Source: an uncultured Candidatus Binatia bacterium (GTDB lineage Bacteria > Desulfobacterota > Binatia > Bin18). From it: a DNA stretch of 64,000 bases. The DNA lies in contig OZ241744.1 of assembly GCA_965200965.1 (NCBI GenBank), positions 1,056,001 through 1,120,000 of the forward strand, written 5' to 3'. Shown here piece by piece: positions 9,434 to 19,561 of the stretch; positions within the stretch are counted from its first letter, which is position 1, and the number at the start of each line of letters is the position of its first letter. The notes under the pieces are model-generated. The model did not search any database. It saw nothing but the letters and a program-made list of their open reading frames with translations, and had not been told where the DNA came from. A program made the position numbers and the translations under genes.

Positions 9434-9841
9434 CTAGTCCATCTCCGTCACCAGTTGCAGCATGTCGGTCTCGGTCACAATCCCGACGAGTTCATCCTTG
9501 TCGAGGACCGGCAGACAGCCAATTTTCTCCTTCAGCATCAGCCGGGCGGCTTCCTGGACCGAGGCCTGGGGAGCAATCGTAACAGGGGGATAGTTCATAA
9601 CTTCTTTGACCGCGATGGTGTCCAGGAACTCCCGTTGGGCCTTCTCGCCATACTTCATGACCGACCCCAGCGAGGCCTTATACAAGTCGCGCTGGCTCAT
9701 CACCCCTGCCAACTCGCCATCCTCAAGGACCGGGAAATGACGTACGCGGCCCAGGGTCATAATGTCCTGAGCGAGCTGCAAGCTATCGTTGCGACCCAAG
9801 GTCGTCACCTCAGTCTTCATGATCTCCCTGACCGTTTTCAT
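9434..9841 (-). CDS. CBS-domain protein
   Basis: Tandem CBS pair (VRHFPV; IGCLPV...GIVTETD). AAGGAGG RBS upstream of ATG 9841. Confidence 0.9.
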   Translation of the reverse strand: MKTVREIMKTEVTTLGRNDSLQLAQDIMTLGRVRHFPVLEDGELAGVMSQRDLYKASLGSVMKYGEKAQREFLDTIAVKEVMNYPPVTIAPQASVQEAARLMLKEKIGCLPVLDKDELVGIVTETDMLQLVTEMD

Positions 9842-10008
9842 ACCAACCTCCTTCGTGTCACAGCGGTCGGGCAGCCGGTCTATCGCCCAGCGCGCTTCTG
9901 GCATCGCCCAGATTGACTTTTGGCGCACACTGCCCTTTATATGAGTAACATATCTGTTCCCTTTTTTCCAGCAGAGGCACCGGCGCATACGCGAAGGAGG
10001 ACATCCCT

Positions 10009-10923
10009 ATGCCCGAAGTATTTCGCAAAATCCTGAGTCCGGTCTATTTTGATGAAACCTCGCAAGAGGCGCTCGAGTACGCCCGCCATTTTGCCCGGCA
10101 GAACAACGGCAGCGTCTCTTTGCTCCACATTGTCCCGACCGACGAATTCCACCTCTTACGGCGGGTGTATGAGCCTGAGAAGGGCGGTGGGGCCGACCCG
10201 GACTGGGCAGAGAAAATCTCCCGTGAAAAACTGCACACCCTGGCCCAAGAACACCTGAAGGACACCCAGTATGAAATCCTGACCCGTCTCAACAGCGACC
10301 CCGCGGCCGGTATCCTTGAGGCCCAGAAGGACACCGCCGCGGACTTGGTGGTGATGGCGACCCACGGCAGGACGGGCCTGGCCCACCTGATTCTGGGCAG
10401 CGTGGCCGAGAAGGTGGTCCGGGAAACCAGCGGCCCGGTCTTTATCTCCCGGCACGGCGAGCGTCTGTCCGAGCCCCGGTCCTTTGAGAAAATTCTGGTG
10501 CCGGTCGATATTACCGAGCAGTCAGGCACAGCCCTGAGCCATGCCCGGCAGATTGCCGAGCAGTACGCGGCAACCGTCTATCCCTTGCATGTTGTCCCGG
10601 CGGCGGACAGCGATTTGCTGCTGCGGGACGTGTACCGCGCGAGTCCCGAGGCACCGGCCGACCATGTGTATGCCGAAAAAATCGCCCAGCAAAAGCTCGA
10701 CGAATTGGCCCGGACCTATCTGGCTGGGGTCCAGACCCGGACCGAACTGCATGTGAGCGATGATCCGGGGCGGACCATCATCGAAACGGAGAAGTCTATC
10801 GGGGCGGACCTGTTGGTGATGGCAACCCACGGGCTGAGTGGTATGTTCCACCTGCTGCTGCGCAGCCTCACCGAAAAGATGATGCGCGAGGCCGGCTGCC
10901 CGGTGTTGGCCCTGCACCAGTAG
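10009..10923 (+). CDS. Tandem-domain universal stress protein
   Basis: Two USP domains (VMATHGRTG...GSVAEKVVR; VMATHG...EAGCPVL). AAGGAGG RBS. Confidence 0.9.
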   Translation: MPEVFRKILSPVYFDETSQEALEYARHFARQNNGSVSLLHIVPTDEFHLLRRVYEPEKGGGADPDWAEKISREKLHTLAQEHLKDTQYEILTRLNSDPAAGILEAQKDTAADLVVMATHGRTGLAHLILGSVAEKVVRETSGPVFISRHGERLSEPRSFEKILVPVDITEQSGTALSHARQIAEQYAATVYPLHVVPAADSDLLLRDVYRASPEAPADHVYAEKIAQQKLDELARTYLAGVQTRTELHVSDDPGRTIIETEKSIGADLLVMATHGLSGMFHLLLRSLTEKMMREAGCPVLALHQ

Positions 10924-10935
10924 GCCGGCCGACAT

Positions 10936-11184
10936 CTAGCGCGGATCTTTTTTGTCCACCGGCCCGGACTCCGGGGCAGCCGACCACAGGGCATCCTGGC
11001 CCAGAGCGCCCGCGGCCAGATGGCTCAGGGCGTCATATTCGGTCCAGACTGCATCCAGGACTTCCTGCTGACTCCCAACGCCCAGCCACAGGCGGGCTTC
11101 TGCCAGCGGCAGATCGAAAAACAGGGTCCGGTAGGCGGTGGCCAAGTCTTCAAGAGGGGAAGAGGTGTCTGTGCGTTTATCCAT
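10936..11184 (-). CDS. Hypothetical protein
   Basis: Short ORF co-directional with the upstream CBS gene and filling the gap. No motif recognised. Confidence 0.5.
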   Translation of the reverse strand: MDKRTDTSSPLEDLATAYRTLFFDLPLAEARLWLGVGSQQEVLDAVWTEYDALSHLAAGALGQDALWSAAPESGPVDKKDPR

Positions 11185-11208
11185 TGGTGTTGGTGTGGCG
11201 GTCCCTTT

Positions 11209-11649
11209 CTAGTCGGCCGGCTCTTGGTCGGCCTGACCCGCCGGCAGCAGGCTTTGCAGGTATGCCAGGAGGTCGGTGTCGGTCAGAATGCCGACCAGTT
11301 TCTTGTGCTCAACAACCGGCAGACAGCCAAACTTTTCGCTCAGCAGCAGGTGCAGGGCCTCTGCAATATCCGTTTCCGCTTCGACTGCCACCACGCGCTT
11401 GGACATGACCTCCCGGACCGCGATCGTGCCGAGCCACTGCTGTCGCTTATGGGCCGACATCTTCAAAAATGACGAGACCGAGGCCCGCAGCAGGTCCCGC
11501 TGTGAGACCATGCCGACCAGCCGCATATCGGCGTGGACAACCGGCAGATGCCGAAAGCGGCCCATGCCCATGATGTCTTCGGCAACGTCGAGCGTATCGT
11601 TGGTTCGGAGGGTGACGAGGTCGGTCTGCATCAGGTCTTTGACTTTCAC
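11209..11649 (-). CDS. CBS-domain protein (paralog of 9434-9841)
   Basis: FRHLPVV...SQRDLL; FGCLPVV...GILTDTD. Confidence 0.9.
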   Translation of the reverse strand: MKVKDLMQTDLVTLRTNDTLDVAEDIMGMGRFRHLPVVHADMRLVGMVSQRDLLRASVSSFLKMSAHKRQQWLGTIAVREVMSKRVVAVEAETDIAEALHLLLSEKFGCLPVVEHKKLVGILTDTDLLAYLQSLLPAGQADQEPAD

Positions 11650-11918
11650 GCCGTGTCCTTTCCGCCGAGCATCAGCGTTTGCTCTGCAAACACCGCCGGC
11701 TCATGCGTGGCCTGCTGGCCGTCCAACCGTCGGGGCAGGGAAAAATCTCCTTCACCACAGCAACAGGCAATGCGCAGACCCCTGTCGTGGCCGTACTCAT
11801 CTTTATCTGTGTACAATACAGGAATCCGCTCTCTTTTGACAAGGCTGCCGGCCTGGTGTAGTCAACAGGACGTGACGGTTTTCACCCGAGCCACGAACCC
11901 GGAAAGAGGGGATGATCC

Positions 11919-12374
11919 ATGACAAGCGTTCCTGCTGCCGAGACACTGCTGTATCCCTTTGATGACCGCAATATGCGGTGGTACACCTTGGGAGATTTCG
12001 AGCATTTTGTGTTTGCCATGCTTGATGTTGATACCGAAAAGCTCATTGTCGATTTCATTCTCAAATTCCCGCCCCACCGGCAAATCTTTCTGCATAGACA
12101 CCTGGCCCTCACCAACACCTTCGTCGTGCAGGGCGAGCACCGGCTGTATGAGCCTGACGGTTCGCTCAGGGAGATTCGCCCGGTGGGCAGCTACACTTCA
12201 AGCCCACCGGGTGAGCCGCACCGGGAAGGGGCCGGCGACGGCGGGGGCGTCGTGTTGTACAGCGTCCGGGGCAAGGATGGCGTTCTCTTTGAAGGGCTTG
12301 ATGAAGACCTCAAGGTCAATGTAACGCTCAGCCTCGAGGATTTTGTCGGCGCGTACAAGGAACAGACGAAATGA
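11919..12374 (+). CDS. ChrR-like cupin domain protein
   Basis: LHRHLALTNTFVVQGEH...SPPGEPHRE cupin metal-binding motifs. Confidence 0.75.
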   Translation: MTSVPAAETLLYPFDDRNMRWYTLGDFEHFVFAMLDVDTEKLIVDFILKFPPHRQIFLHRHLALTNTFVVQGEHRLYEPDGSLREIRPVGSYTSSPPGEPHREGAGDGGGVVLYSVRGKDGVLFEGLDEDLKVNVTLSLEDFVGAYKEQTK

Positions 12375-12466
12375 GCCGGCTTGCTCACGCTTACCCCACG
12401 CTCATCCCTTGAGCCCTGACAGGCTGCAAGAGGGCGGCGGGCCATGCTTTTCATCGGAGGATGGAA

Positions 12467-14146
12467 TCAGCGCACATAATGTCTGGCGTGGACAGGACGG
12501 ACGAGCAGGTTGGCAAGAAGCCCTACGGCCAGCAGGGCCGCCATAGCGTACATGGTTGTATTGTAGAGGGTGGCCGAGGGGTCAAGGACCCCGGGCGGAG
12601 CGATGTCGAGCAGGGCTGGAATCGTGACCGTCCGGGTCTCAACCAGTTCGGCCAGGGCAGCTTTCCCCGTTCCAAAGGCTCGGACGAAAGCGTTCTCTGG
12701 AATACTGGCGGCCAGCGTCTCAATGGCAGTCCGGCGCGAAGACTCCCGCAACTGGGTAATAGCCACCGGGCCGGCCACCCCGGCCACGCTCCAGGCGGTC
12801 AGCAGCCGGCCATAGATGGCCCCGATATGACGGGTGCCGAAGATGTCGGCCAGATAGGCCGGAATGGTCGCAAAGCCGCCACCGTACATGGTGAAGATGA
12901 TCAGGGTTGCGCTGTAGAACACCACCAGCCACACCACCGTCGGCCGCAGGTTGGCCGCCACCGCGCTGTAAGGTACGCTGAGGTAGAGCACGATGCCGAG
13001 GCTGAAGAAGATGCCATAGGTCGTCCGGCGGCCGATCTTGTCCGACAGGCCGGCCCAGAACACCCGACCCAGCATGTTGAACAGACCGATCATCAGCACA
13101 TAGTTGGCGGCAAAGGCCGCGGTCACGATGGACGGAAACAGGGTGCCAAAAATATCGCTCAGCATCGTTCTGGCCACGCCAAGCACGCCGATGCCGGCCG
13201 TGACGTTACAAAACAGGACCAGCCACAGCAGGTAGAATTGGGGGGTTTGCAGGGCATGATTGCTCTCGACATCGTGGCGCGTCATCATGCCGGCCGACTT
13301 GGCCGGTTCCTGCCAGCCGGCCGGCCGCCAGCCGGTCGCGGGAATCCTGTACAGGAAAGACGCGCCCAGCATAACCGTGAAGTACAGCAGGCCGAGGGTG
13401 AAGAAGGCCGCCGCCACCCCGGTTGAACCGCTGCCCACCACATACACCCCCGCGGCCACATTGCGCTGAGCCGCCTCGCCCGGACCCAGCAGCACCACTT
13501 CGCGCAACAGACCGGCCGAGGTTTCGGCGTAGCGCACCCCGTCACGCGTCAGCAACGACAGGCTGTCCGCGCTGCCCAGATACTCCGGTGTGAGTGCAAA
13601 GCTCGCCAGCAGCCCTTCAATCAGCGGCGTACCCAGCACCGCGCCCCCGCCAAAGCCCATGATCGCCATTCCGGCCGCCAGCCCCCGCCGGTCGGGAAAC
13701 CAGCGCAGCAGGGTGGTGACCGGCGATACATAGCCGAGGCCCAGGCCACACCCGCCGATGATGCCATAGCCCACATACAGCAGGACGAGCTGATGGGTCA
13801 GGATGCCGAGCCCGCCGATGAGAAACCCGCCTCCCCAGCAGACCGCAGCCACGACCCCGACCAGACGGGGGCCGGCCTCTTCCAGCCACTCGCCGGCAAA
13901 GGCCGCGGTCAGCCCCAGACACACAATGGCTACTGAGAAAATCCATACCACCGCCGGCAAGGACCAGTCGCCGGCCGCCGGGGCAACAACGCCCAGGGTC
14001 TTGGTCAGGGGCGGGTTGAACAGGCTCCAGGCGTAGATTGAACCGATGCACAGATGGATGGCGATGGAGGCCGGTGGCACCAGCCAGCGGTTGAAGTCAG
14101 GGGCGGCGATAATGTACCGCTTGTGCAAGCGTAGACGGTCCAGCAT
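12467..14146 (-). CDS. OFA (oxalate:formate antiporter-like) MFS transporter
   Basis: HLCIGSIYAWS, WFPDRRGLAAGMAIMGFGGG and MYGGGFATIPAYLADIFG motifs; many TM segments. Confidence 0.92.
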   Translation of the reverse strand: MLDRLRLHKRYIIAAPDFNRWLVPPASIAIHLCIGSIYAWSLFNPPLTKTLGVVAPAAGDWSLPAVVWIFSVAIVCLGLTAAFAGEWLEEAGPRLVGVVAAVCWGGGFLIGGLGILTHQLVLLYVGYGIIGGCGLGLGYVSPVTTLLRWFPDRRGLAAGMAIMGFGGGAVLGTPLIEGLLASFALTPEYLGSADSLSLLTRDGVRYAETSAGLLREVVLLGPGEAAQRNVAAGVYVVGSGSTGVAAAFFTLGLLYFTVMLGASFLYRIPATGWRPAGWQEPAKSAGMMTRHDVESNHALQTPQFYLLWLVLFCNVTAGIGVLGVARTMLSDIFGTLFPSIVTAAFAANYVLMIGLFNMLGRVFWAGLSDKIGRRTTYGIFFSLGIVLYLSVPYSAVAANLRPTVVWLVVFYSATLIIFTMYGGGFATIPAYLADIFGTRHIGAIYGRLLTAWSVAGVAGPVAITQLRESSRRTAIETLAASIPENAFVRAFGTGKAALAELVETRTVTIPALLDIAPPGVLDPSATLYNTTMYAMAALLAVGLLANLLVRPVHARHYVR

Positions 14147-14266
14147 AGGGGGCCTTTGTCATAGAGGGATGGGGGAAGGCCACACGCGGCCACGCGCTGT
14201 GGCCCGGCTTTTCTGCCGCTCGGAGATGGAGGAACTCATCTCTGGCGGAGGCGGCCATGTCGTGAC

Positions 14267-14304
14267 AAAAAGAGGGTGGGCACAGGTCCTGCCGCCCACC
14301 CTCT
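14267..14304 (-). terminator. Intrinsic terminator downstream of the LLM gene
   Basis: 11-bp stem AGAGGGTGGGC/GCCCACCCTCT followed by a T-run on the minus strand. Confidence 0.7.
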
Positions 14305-14322
14305 GTCAGCGGAAGAAGGGGG

Positions 14323-15450
14323 CTAGGCCGAGGCGGCCAGTTCGGTATAGCCGTTCTGCTCCTTGGGCAGTTTGAAGGCGGCGTCGTGCTGCAACACCGG
14401 CAGAATCCTCTCGGCAAACAACTGATAGCTGCGGCGCAGTTTATCAATCGGCAGACCACCAAAGCCGAAGGTGTTCACCACATGCTCAAGGGCGACGGTC
14501 GAATGGATGTAGCGGAACTTTTCCAGCACTTGGTCGGCTGTGCCGGCCGCGTGCAGGCTGCGGTAGAAGGCCACCGCCTTGGCTTTGGCCTCTGCATCGG
14601 CGTTCAGCTTGGCGTAGGTTTTTGCCATCTTGCCGTAGAACTCATAGCCCTTGACCTCGTTCAAACGGCCCGAGGAGAAGCGATAGTGGTTTTCGATGGA
14701 GTCGAACATGGCCCCCATGTGAATCTGGGCCAGGTCCTCGGCCTCTTGGGCGTCGTCTGACACCAGGACATTGAACAGGCCGATCGGCGGACGCGGCTGA
14801 AAGCCGCTGGCCTGTGCGTTCTCGACATAGCGCTGGTAATCCGCGGCCGTATCTTCCCAGCTCCGCTGGGCAATAATCAGTACACCCAGCCCCAGCTTGG
14901 CCATGATCTCGGCCGACTCAGGGCTGACCGAAGAGGCGTAAAAGCGCTGCTCCGGACGGGAGATCGGCCGCGGCCGGATCTGGATTTCGGGAATCTGGTA
15001 GTACTTGCCGTCGTAGGAGAAGCTATCCTGGGTCAGACCCTTGCGGACAATCTCGGCGCACTCGACAAAGCGCTCACGCGACTCGTGCATTGGAATGCGG
15101 TAGCCCTCATACTCGACCGTGGCCGCCCCGCGGCCAAAGCCGATAATGGTCCGGCCGTTTGACAGCACGTCGAGCAGGGCAATGTTCTCGGCCACCTCAA
15201 CCGGGTCGTGCCACGGCAGCACAATCACCGCCGTGCCAAGCTGGACCCGCTTTGTGCGGCCGGCAAAATAGCTCAGCATCTGGGTCGGGTCCGGCGACAT
15301 GGTATAGCCGGTGAAATGGTGGTCCAGGGCCCAGATCGAGTCAAAACCCATGTCTTCGGCCATATCGGCCAGCGCCAGTTCCTCCTGATAGGTCTGGAAA
15401 TCAGGTTTGCTGCTAAAACTCGTCAATTGGGGGATCATGCCAACTTTCAT
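14323..15450 (-). CDS. LLM-class (luciferase-like) flavin-dependent oxidoreductase
   Basis: GFDSIWALDHHF, LGTAVIVLPWHDP and LDVLSNGR motifs. Confidence 0.92.
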   Translation of the reverse strand: MKVGMIPQLTSFSSKPDFQTYQEELALADMAEDMGFDSIWALDHHFTGYTMSPDPTQMLSYFAGRTKRVQLGTAVIVLPWHDPVEVAENIALLDVLSNGRTIIGFGRGAATVEYEGYRIPMHESRERFVECAEIVRKGLTQDSFSYDGKYYQIPEIQIRPRPISRPEQRFYASSVSPESAEIMAKLGLGVLIIAQRSWEDTAADYQRYVENAQASGFQPRPPIGLFNVLVSDDAQEAEDLAQIHMGAMFDSIENHYRFSSGRLNEVKGYEFYGKMAKTYAKLNADAEAKAKAVAFYRSLHAAGTADQVLEKFRYIHSTVALEHVVNTFGFGGLPIDKLRRSYQLFAERILPVLQHDAAFKLPKEQNGYTELAASA

Positions 15451-15617
15451 ACCGTCCTCCTTGTTTTTTCATCGTGATAGCCGGGGCTGTCCTGGATAGT
15501 ACCACCTTATACAAACGGAAAAAAGATGCAAGCAGACATCACGCCCGGCTGCCTGTCTGGGACGGTCGGTTGTCTGAAATGCTTGCCAGACACGGCAATC
15601 CCAGGCATGGTCTTGGG

Positions 15618-16160
15618 GTGAGCGATTTCCGATCTTTCAGTTGGACGACCGGTCATGCTGAGCTTGACCGTCTGCTCCGGCGGGCGGTGGCGGGCTGGGA
15701 GCGGCTGGCGCTTCAGACCGACCTGACGGCCTCGGATCAGCTCAACGCCCTCCCCCCAGGGCTGCTCGGGCCTGATGCCGGTGTTCCCCCCAACTGGGCC
15801 GCGACCTACTATATGATGCCCCCCGCCGATCAAGTCCTGCTCGCCTTTGCCTGGCTCCACTGGTGGCAGCAATCATCGGCCCAGGAACCCGGCTTTGCCG
15901 GCTGGTTAGTCCGGGGGCCCGGCTTGTCCCTCAACCATGCCGCACTGTTGAAGGTCCTGACCCAGCAGAGCGACGGCGTGCTAGGAGTCTTGCACGGCTT
16001 TTTAGACACGATCGTTGAGCAAGCCGGCGACTGGGACGGAGACCGGACCGAGCGGCCGGACCTTGTCCGCCTGCTCACCGGCCTTGACGCCGAGTATCGA
16101 TATACTATCCACGACCGTGAGTTGTGGCCGGCGGTCCTGGACTTGGCCCAGACCGACTGA
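15618..16160 (+). CDS. Hypothetical protein
   Basis: ORF 15474-16160, probable GTG start at 15618. Host-like codon usage; no family recognised. Confidence 0.6.
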   Translation: MSDFRSFSWTTGHAELDRLLRRAVAGWERLALQTDLTASDQLNALPPGLLGPDAGVPPNWAATYYMMPPADQVLLAFAWLHWWQQSSAQEPGFAGWLVRGPGLSLNHAALLKVLTQQSDGVLGVLHGFLDTIVEQAGDWDGDRTERPDLVRLLTGLDAEYRYTIHDRELWPAVLDLAQTD

Positions 16161-16225
16161 ACCGACACATCGGCCCGTGGAGACAAGAGCTTGGAACCGG
16201 GTGTTGAAGGTTCACTGGAGGACCC

Positions 16226-16825
16226 ATGCCCAGAAGAAGAAAAAAATCCGCACGACAACCATCGTCGAAAAACTCGGGGAAAATTCAAATCAGAACTGGA
16301 CGAGCCCGAGACCACGGAGAACTCGCAAACGAGCTTGTCCACATCTTTGTGGATGACCAGAACTTGTTTTGGGGAATTGTAAACGATCGCTATGGACCAC
16401 AGTTCAGAATCAATTTTGGAAGGCTCCTCATTGAATCTGCCAAGGTTTCCGATGGACACCCACGAGGAGTCGCTAGTGCTTATATTGCGGGTGTAATCCC
16501 GGACAACGATTCGTTTTGGGAAACTGCGAAAAATCAAGGGTTTGAGGTACGTCGAGGATTTTTGGGTTCGAAAAACAGATCGAAACAAGATGATACTTAT
16601 CTGGTTAGAGATTTGACACAAACGATTTGTGAAAAAGAAGGTCCGTCAACGATCGTCCTTGTTGCTGGAGATGCTGATTATGTACCTCCTCTGGAACTCG
16701 CCCTGGAAAGGGGATGGCGAGTCGAAGTTGCATTCACGGGCCGAGGAGTGTCAGGTTCTTTGGAGCCTGTTACTCACGAATTCAGGATCATATCACCATC
16801 AGCGATTGAGCGTATCGCATACTGA
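16226..16825 (+). CDS. NYN/LabA (PIN-like) ribonuclease domain protein
   Basis: IFVDDQN, KQDD and LVAGDADY acidic motifs. GGAGG RBS. Visibly AT-richer than the flanks. Confidence 0.85.
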   Translation: MPRRRKKSARQPSSKNSGKIQIRTGRARDHGELANELVHIFVDDQNLFWGIVNDRYGPQFRINFGRLLIESAKVSDGHPRGVASAYIAGVIPDNDSFWETAKNQGFEVRRGFLGSKNRSKQDDTYLVRDLTQTICEKEGPSTIVLVAGDADYVPPLELALERGWRVEVAFTGRGVSGSLEPVTHEFRIISPSAIERIAY

Positions 16826-16900
16826 CCACCGAAGAAACCCTCCGGCAATGACGAGGACAAGAGCCGTCAAGACATCCACAACTATCTCACCCCACGCCGC

Positions 16901-18049
16901 TTACTCGTCCTCATAGCCGAGTTGCTCGTTGAGACGCGCAAGGGCTTCGACATAGCCGCTGGCCATATCCCGGACCACGTCGCGCGCCGAACGCAGCGTA
17001 TTGTGTCCGCCAATGCCCTGGCCGGTCGGATAGGTGTATAGCTGGTAGGCCCCGGAGTCGGCAGTCACTCCCGGCGCTTTCATGCCGCGATCAATCCGGC
17101 GCAGGTAGTTATAGGCCAGGATGCTCTGGAGCGGGGTTGTCAGCGGTTCCGGCGTGTCGGGGCGCTCCCACTCGTCGGTCCACTTGGAGCGCAGAAAGCG
17201 GGCCGGCTTGCCGGTCAGAGATGTCGTGCGGACCGTGCTGCTTGAGTCAGCCGCCAGCAGCTTGTCTTTGGCCATCCGCTCCAGCTCGGACTCGGTCGTG
17301 GTCAGCCACACCGTTCCGCACCACACCCCTTGAGCGCCGAGCGCCATAGCCGCGGCCATCTGGCGGCCGTTGCCAATACCGCCCGCCCCCAAGACCGGCG
17401 TTGGCGCAACCGCGTCCACAATCTCTGGGATCAACACCATCCCGCCGATGTCTCCGGTATGGCCGCCGGCCTCGTAGGACTGGGCAATGATGACATCAAC
17501 CTCGGCTTCTTTATGCCGCAGGGCATGACGCGTTCTGCCGGCCAGCGCGCCAACAAAAATGCCTTTTTTATGCGCGGCTTCAACCACATGGGCGGGCGGG
17601 GTACCGAGCGCGCTGACCAGAAACCTGGCCCGATGCTCCAGGGCGATGTCAATAATCCCCCTGGCCTCTTTCTGCGAGTAACGCAGCCCGCGCCCCTTGG
17701 CCGACGGCGCGTCGGGTGGCAGCCCGGGCACCCCCGCCCGTTCCAAAAGGTCGTCCAGGAATTTTTTATGGGCTTCAGGAATACGCTGCGCGAGCGTGTC
17801 ATGTGCCAGCCCGCCTTTCTCGGCCCCGACATAGTTGGCCGGCATCATCAGATCGACACCGTAGGGAATATCTCCCAGCTGCTCCTCTATCCACCTCAGG
17901 TCAATCTCCAGCCGCTCGTCGGTATGAATCGCCGCCCCGAGCACGCCGAGTCCGCCGGCTTTACTGACCGCGACGACCACATCCCGGCAGTGGGTGAAGG
18001 CAAAAACAGGCAGCGCAATTCCGAACATTTCGGTCAGTGGGGTTGGCAT
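16901..18049 (-). CDS. Nitronate monooxygenase family flavoprotein
   Basis: AVSKAGGLGVL, EAGGHTG and GAGGIGNGRQMAAAMALGAQGVWCGT motifs. Confidence 0.9.
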   Translation of the reverse strand: MPTPLTEMFGIALPVFAFTHCRDVVVAVSKAGGLGVLGAAIHTDERLEIDLRWIEEQLGDIPYGVDLMMPANYVGAEKGGLAHDTLAQRIPEAHKKFLDDLLERAGVPGLPPDAPSAKGRGLRYSQKEARGIIDIALEHRARFLVSALGTPPAHVVEAAHKKGIFVGALAGRTRHALRHKEAEVDVIIAQSYEAGGHTGDIGGMVLIPEIVDAVAPTPVLGAGGIGNGRQMAAAMALGAQGVWCGTVWLTTTESELERMAKDKLLAADSSSTVRTTSLTGKPARFLRSKWTDEWERPDTPEPLTTPLQSILAYNYLRRIDRGMKAPGVTADSGAYQLYTYPTGQGIGGHNTLRSARDVVRDMASGYVEALARLNEQLGYEDE

Positions 18050-19182
18050 GTCGTGCTCCGTGCCGAGCGTCCTTGCGGTCCCGCCTCATCCACCGGCGGG
18101 AGCCATTTGAGGTCTTGAAAGCGTCTAATCCACTTGCGGAAACAGTCTTCGGTGTCCATGCAGTCCGGGAAGCCGGCCTGGCGGAGTTTGATGGTACTGA
18201 CCAGCATGGGCGGCGGCGACTGGTCTTTGGCCCCAAAACCAAACGAAAAATCGGCCAGGATGAACGACTGGCCGACATACGCTTGGAGGCTTTTCGGGGC
18301 GTGCAGCCCGTACTTGTCCACAATCGCCGCCCATTCGGCCTCCCGCCCGGGCATTGTTTCGGCCAGCGAGCACGGCTCCGGCGGCCCGACCTCCATGCCG
18401 AACGCCTCGGCGATGACCGGCCAGACATGCTGCCACACGAACACATCGCCGTTGGTGATATTGAATATCTCGTTCTGGGCGGCTGGCGCACTGGCCGCCC
18501 ACTCAAACGCCCGGGCGTGGACATCGGTATCAATGGCTTCAAGCACAAACGGCGGCCCGCCGGGAAAAGACAGTGGCAGCCCGGCTTCTTTTCGCAGCGC
18601 GGCATACACCCCGAGGGCGGGAAACACGTTCATCTGGCTGCCCAGCGACTCGCCAAGAATCAGCTGTGGGCGCCACACCGTCCAATGCCACTGCTTGCCG
18701 AGCTGGCGGTCGCGCAAATAGTCCTGCTGCAACCAGTAGAAGTTCTGGTGCTTATGCCGTGGCCAGCGTTCACGGGCCGGAACCGGAAACGGCTCGATAT
18801 GCACGCCATAGGCCTTGGTGCCCTGCAACAGCGAGACCTGCTGCAAATCTGTGGCCGCAGCCTCAAGCGGGTCAAACAGATTATCCAGCATAGCCAAGTT
18901 GGTCTGCATCTGGTCCTGCTCAAACCAGCCCTGGACCAGCCCCGGCTTCTCGTACAGCGCGGCATAGACCACATGGGTCACATCCGACATCCGGCCAAAG
19001 ACCTCGGCACAGCGGGCCTTGTCCTGGAGATCGACCGAAATAACCTCCGCTCCCTCCAGGCCGTCAGGAATCCGCCGTGACACGCCCACCACATCCCAGT
19101 CCTCAAGCCGGGCAAAATGCCTGACCGCGGCAAAGCCGACCAGCCCGGACGCGCCGGCAACCAGCATCTTTTTCTTTGGCAT
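18034..19182 (-). CDS. Atypical SDR, progesterone 5-beta-reductase/PRISE-like
   Basis: LVAGASGLVG, LLQGTKAYG, NFYWLQQD and FNITNGDVFVW motifs. Confidence 0.82.
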   Translation of the reverse strand: MPKKKMLVAGASGLVGFAAVRHFARLEDWDVVGVSRRIPDGLEGAEVISVDLQDKARCAEVFGRMSDVTHVVYAALYEKPGLVQGWFEQDQMQTNLAMLDNLFDPLEAAATDLQQVSLLQGTKAYGVHIEPFPVPARERWPRHKHQNFYWLQQDYLRDRQLGKQWHWTVWRPQLILGESLGSQMNVFPALGVYAALRKEAGLPLSFPGGPPFVLEAIDTDVHARAFEWAASAPAAQNEIFNITNGDVFVWQHVWPVIAEAFGMEVGPPEPCSLAETMPGREAEWAAIVDKYGLHAPKSLQAYVGQSFILADFSFGFGAKDQSPPPMLVSTIKLRQAGFPDCMDTEDCFRKWIRRFQDLKWLPPVDEAGPQGRSARSTTCQPH

Positions 19183-19208
19183 GGAACACCTCGCTTGATC
19201 GTACAGCT

Positions 19209-19427
19209 CTAGTAGCGGTCAATCCACTCCCGGCTCTCCAGCCGGGCAAAGTCATCGGCCTCGTTCTGGCTCATGAAGCGCCGGCCGCATTCGCTGAACG
19301 GACAATACTCATGCACTGCGCCATCCAGCAACCGGAACACCCGCGCCCCAGGCTGCCATTCTCCACTGTCAAGCCGTTTTGAGCGTGGTTCGATGATGAA
19401 TCCTCCATGCAACTCGGCTGCCCCCAT
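19209..19427 (-). CDS. Small hypothetical protein
   Basis: ORF with a GGAGG RBS, co-directional with the downstream SDR. Confidence 0.55.
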   Translation of the reverse strand: MGAAELHGGFIIEPRSKRLDSGEWQPGARVFRLLDGAVHEYCPFSECGRRFMSQNEADDFARLESREWIDRY

Positions 19428-19561
19428 GATACCGACCTCCTGCCCGTTTCTTCCCATCCGTCATACCATCTCAAGGCAGGTTCGCCTATCAAGACAGGCC
19501 GTTTTTCCGGCCGGGACAACAGGGTTTGCTCTCAAACAGGAGTATGATACACTGGTTTGAA

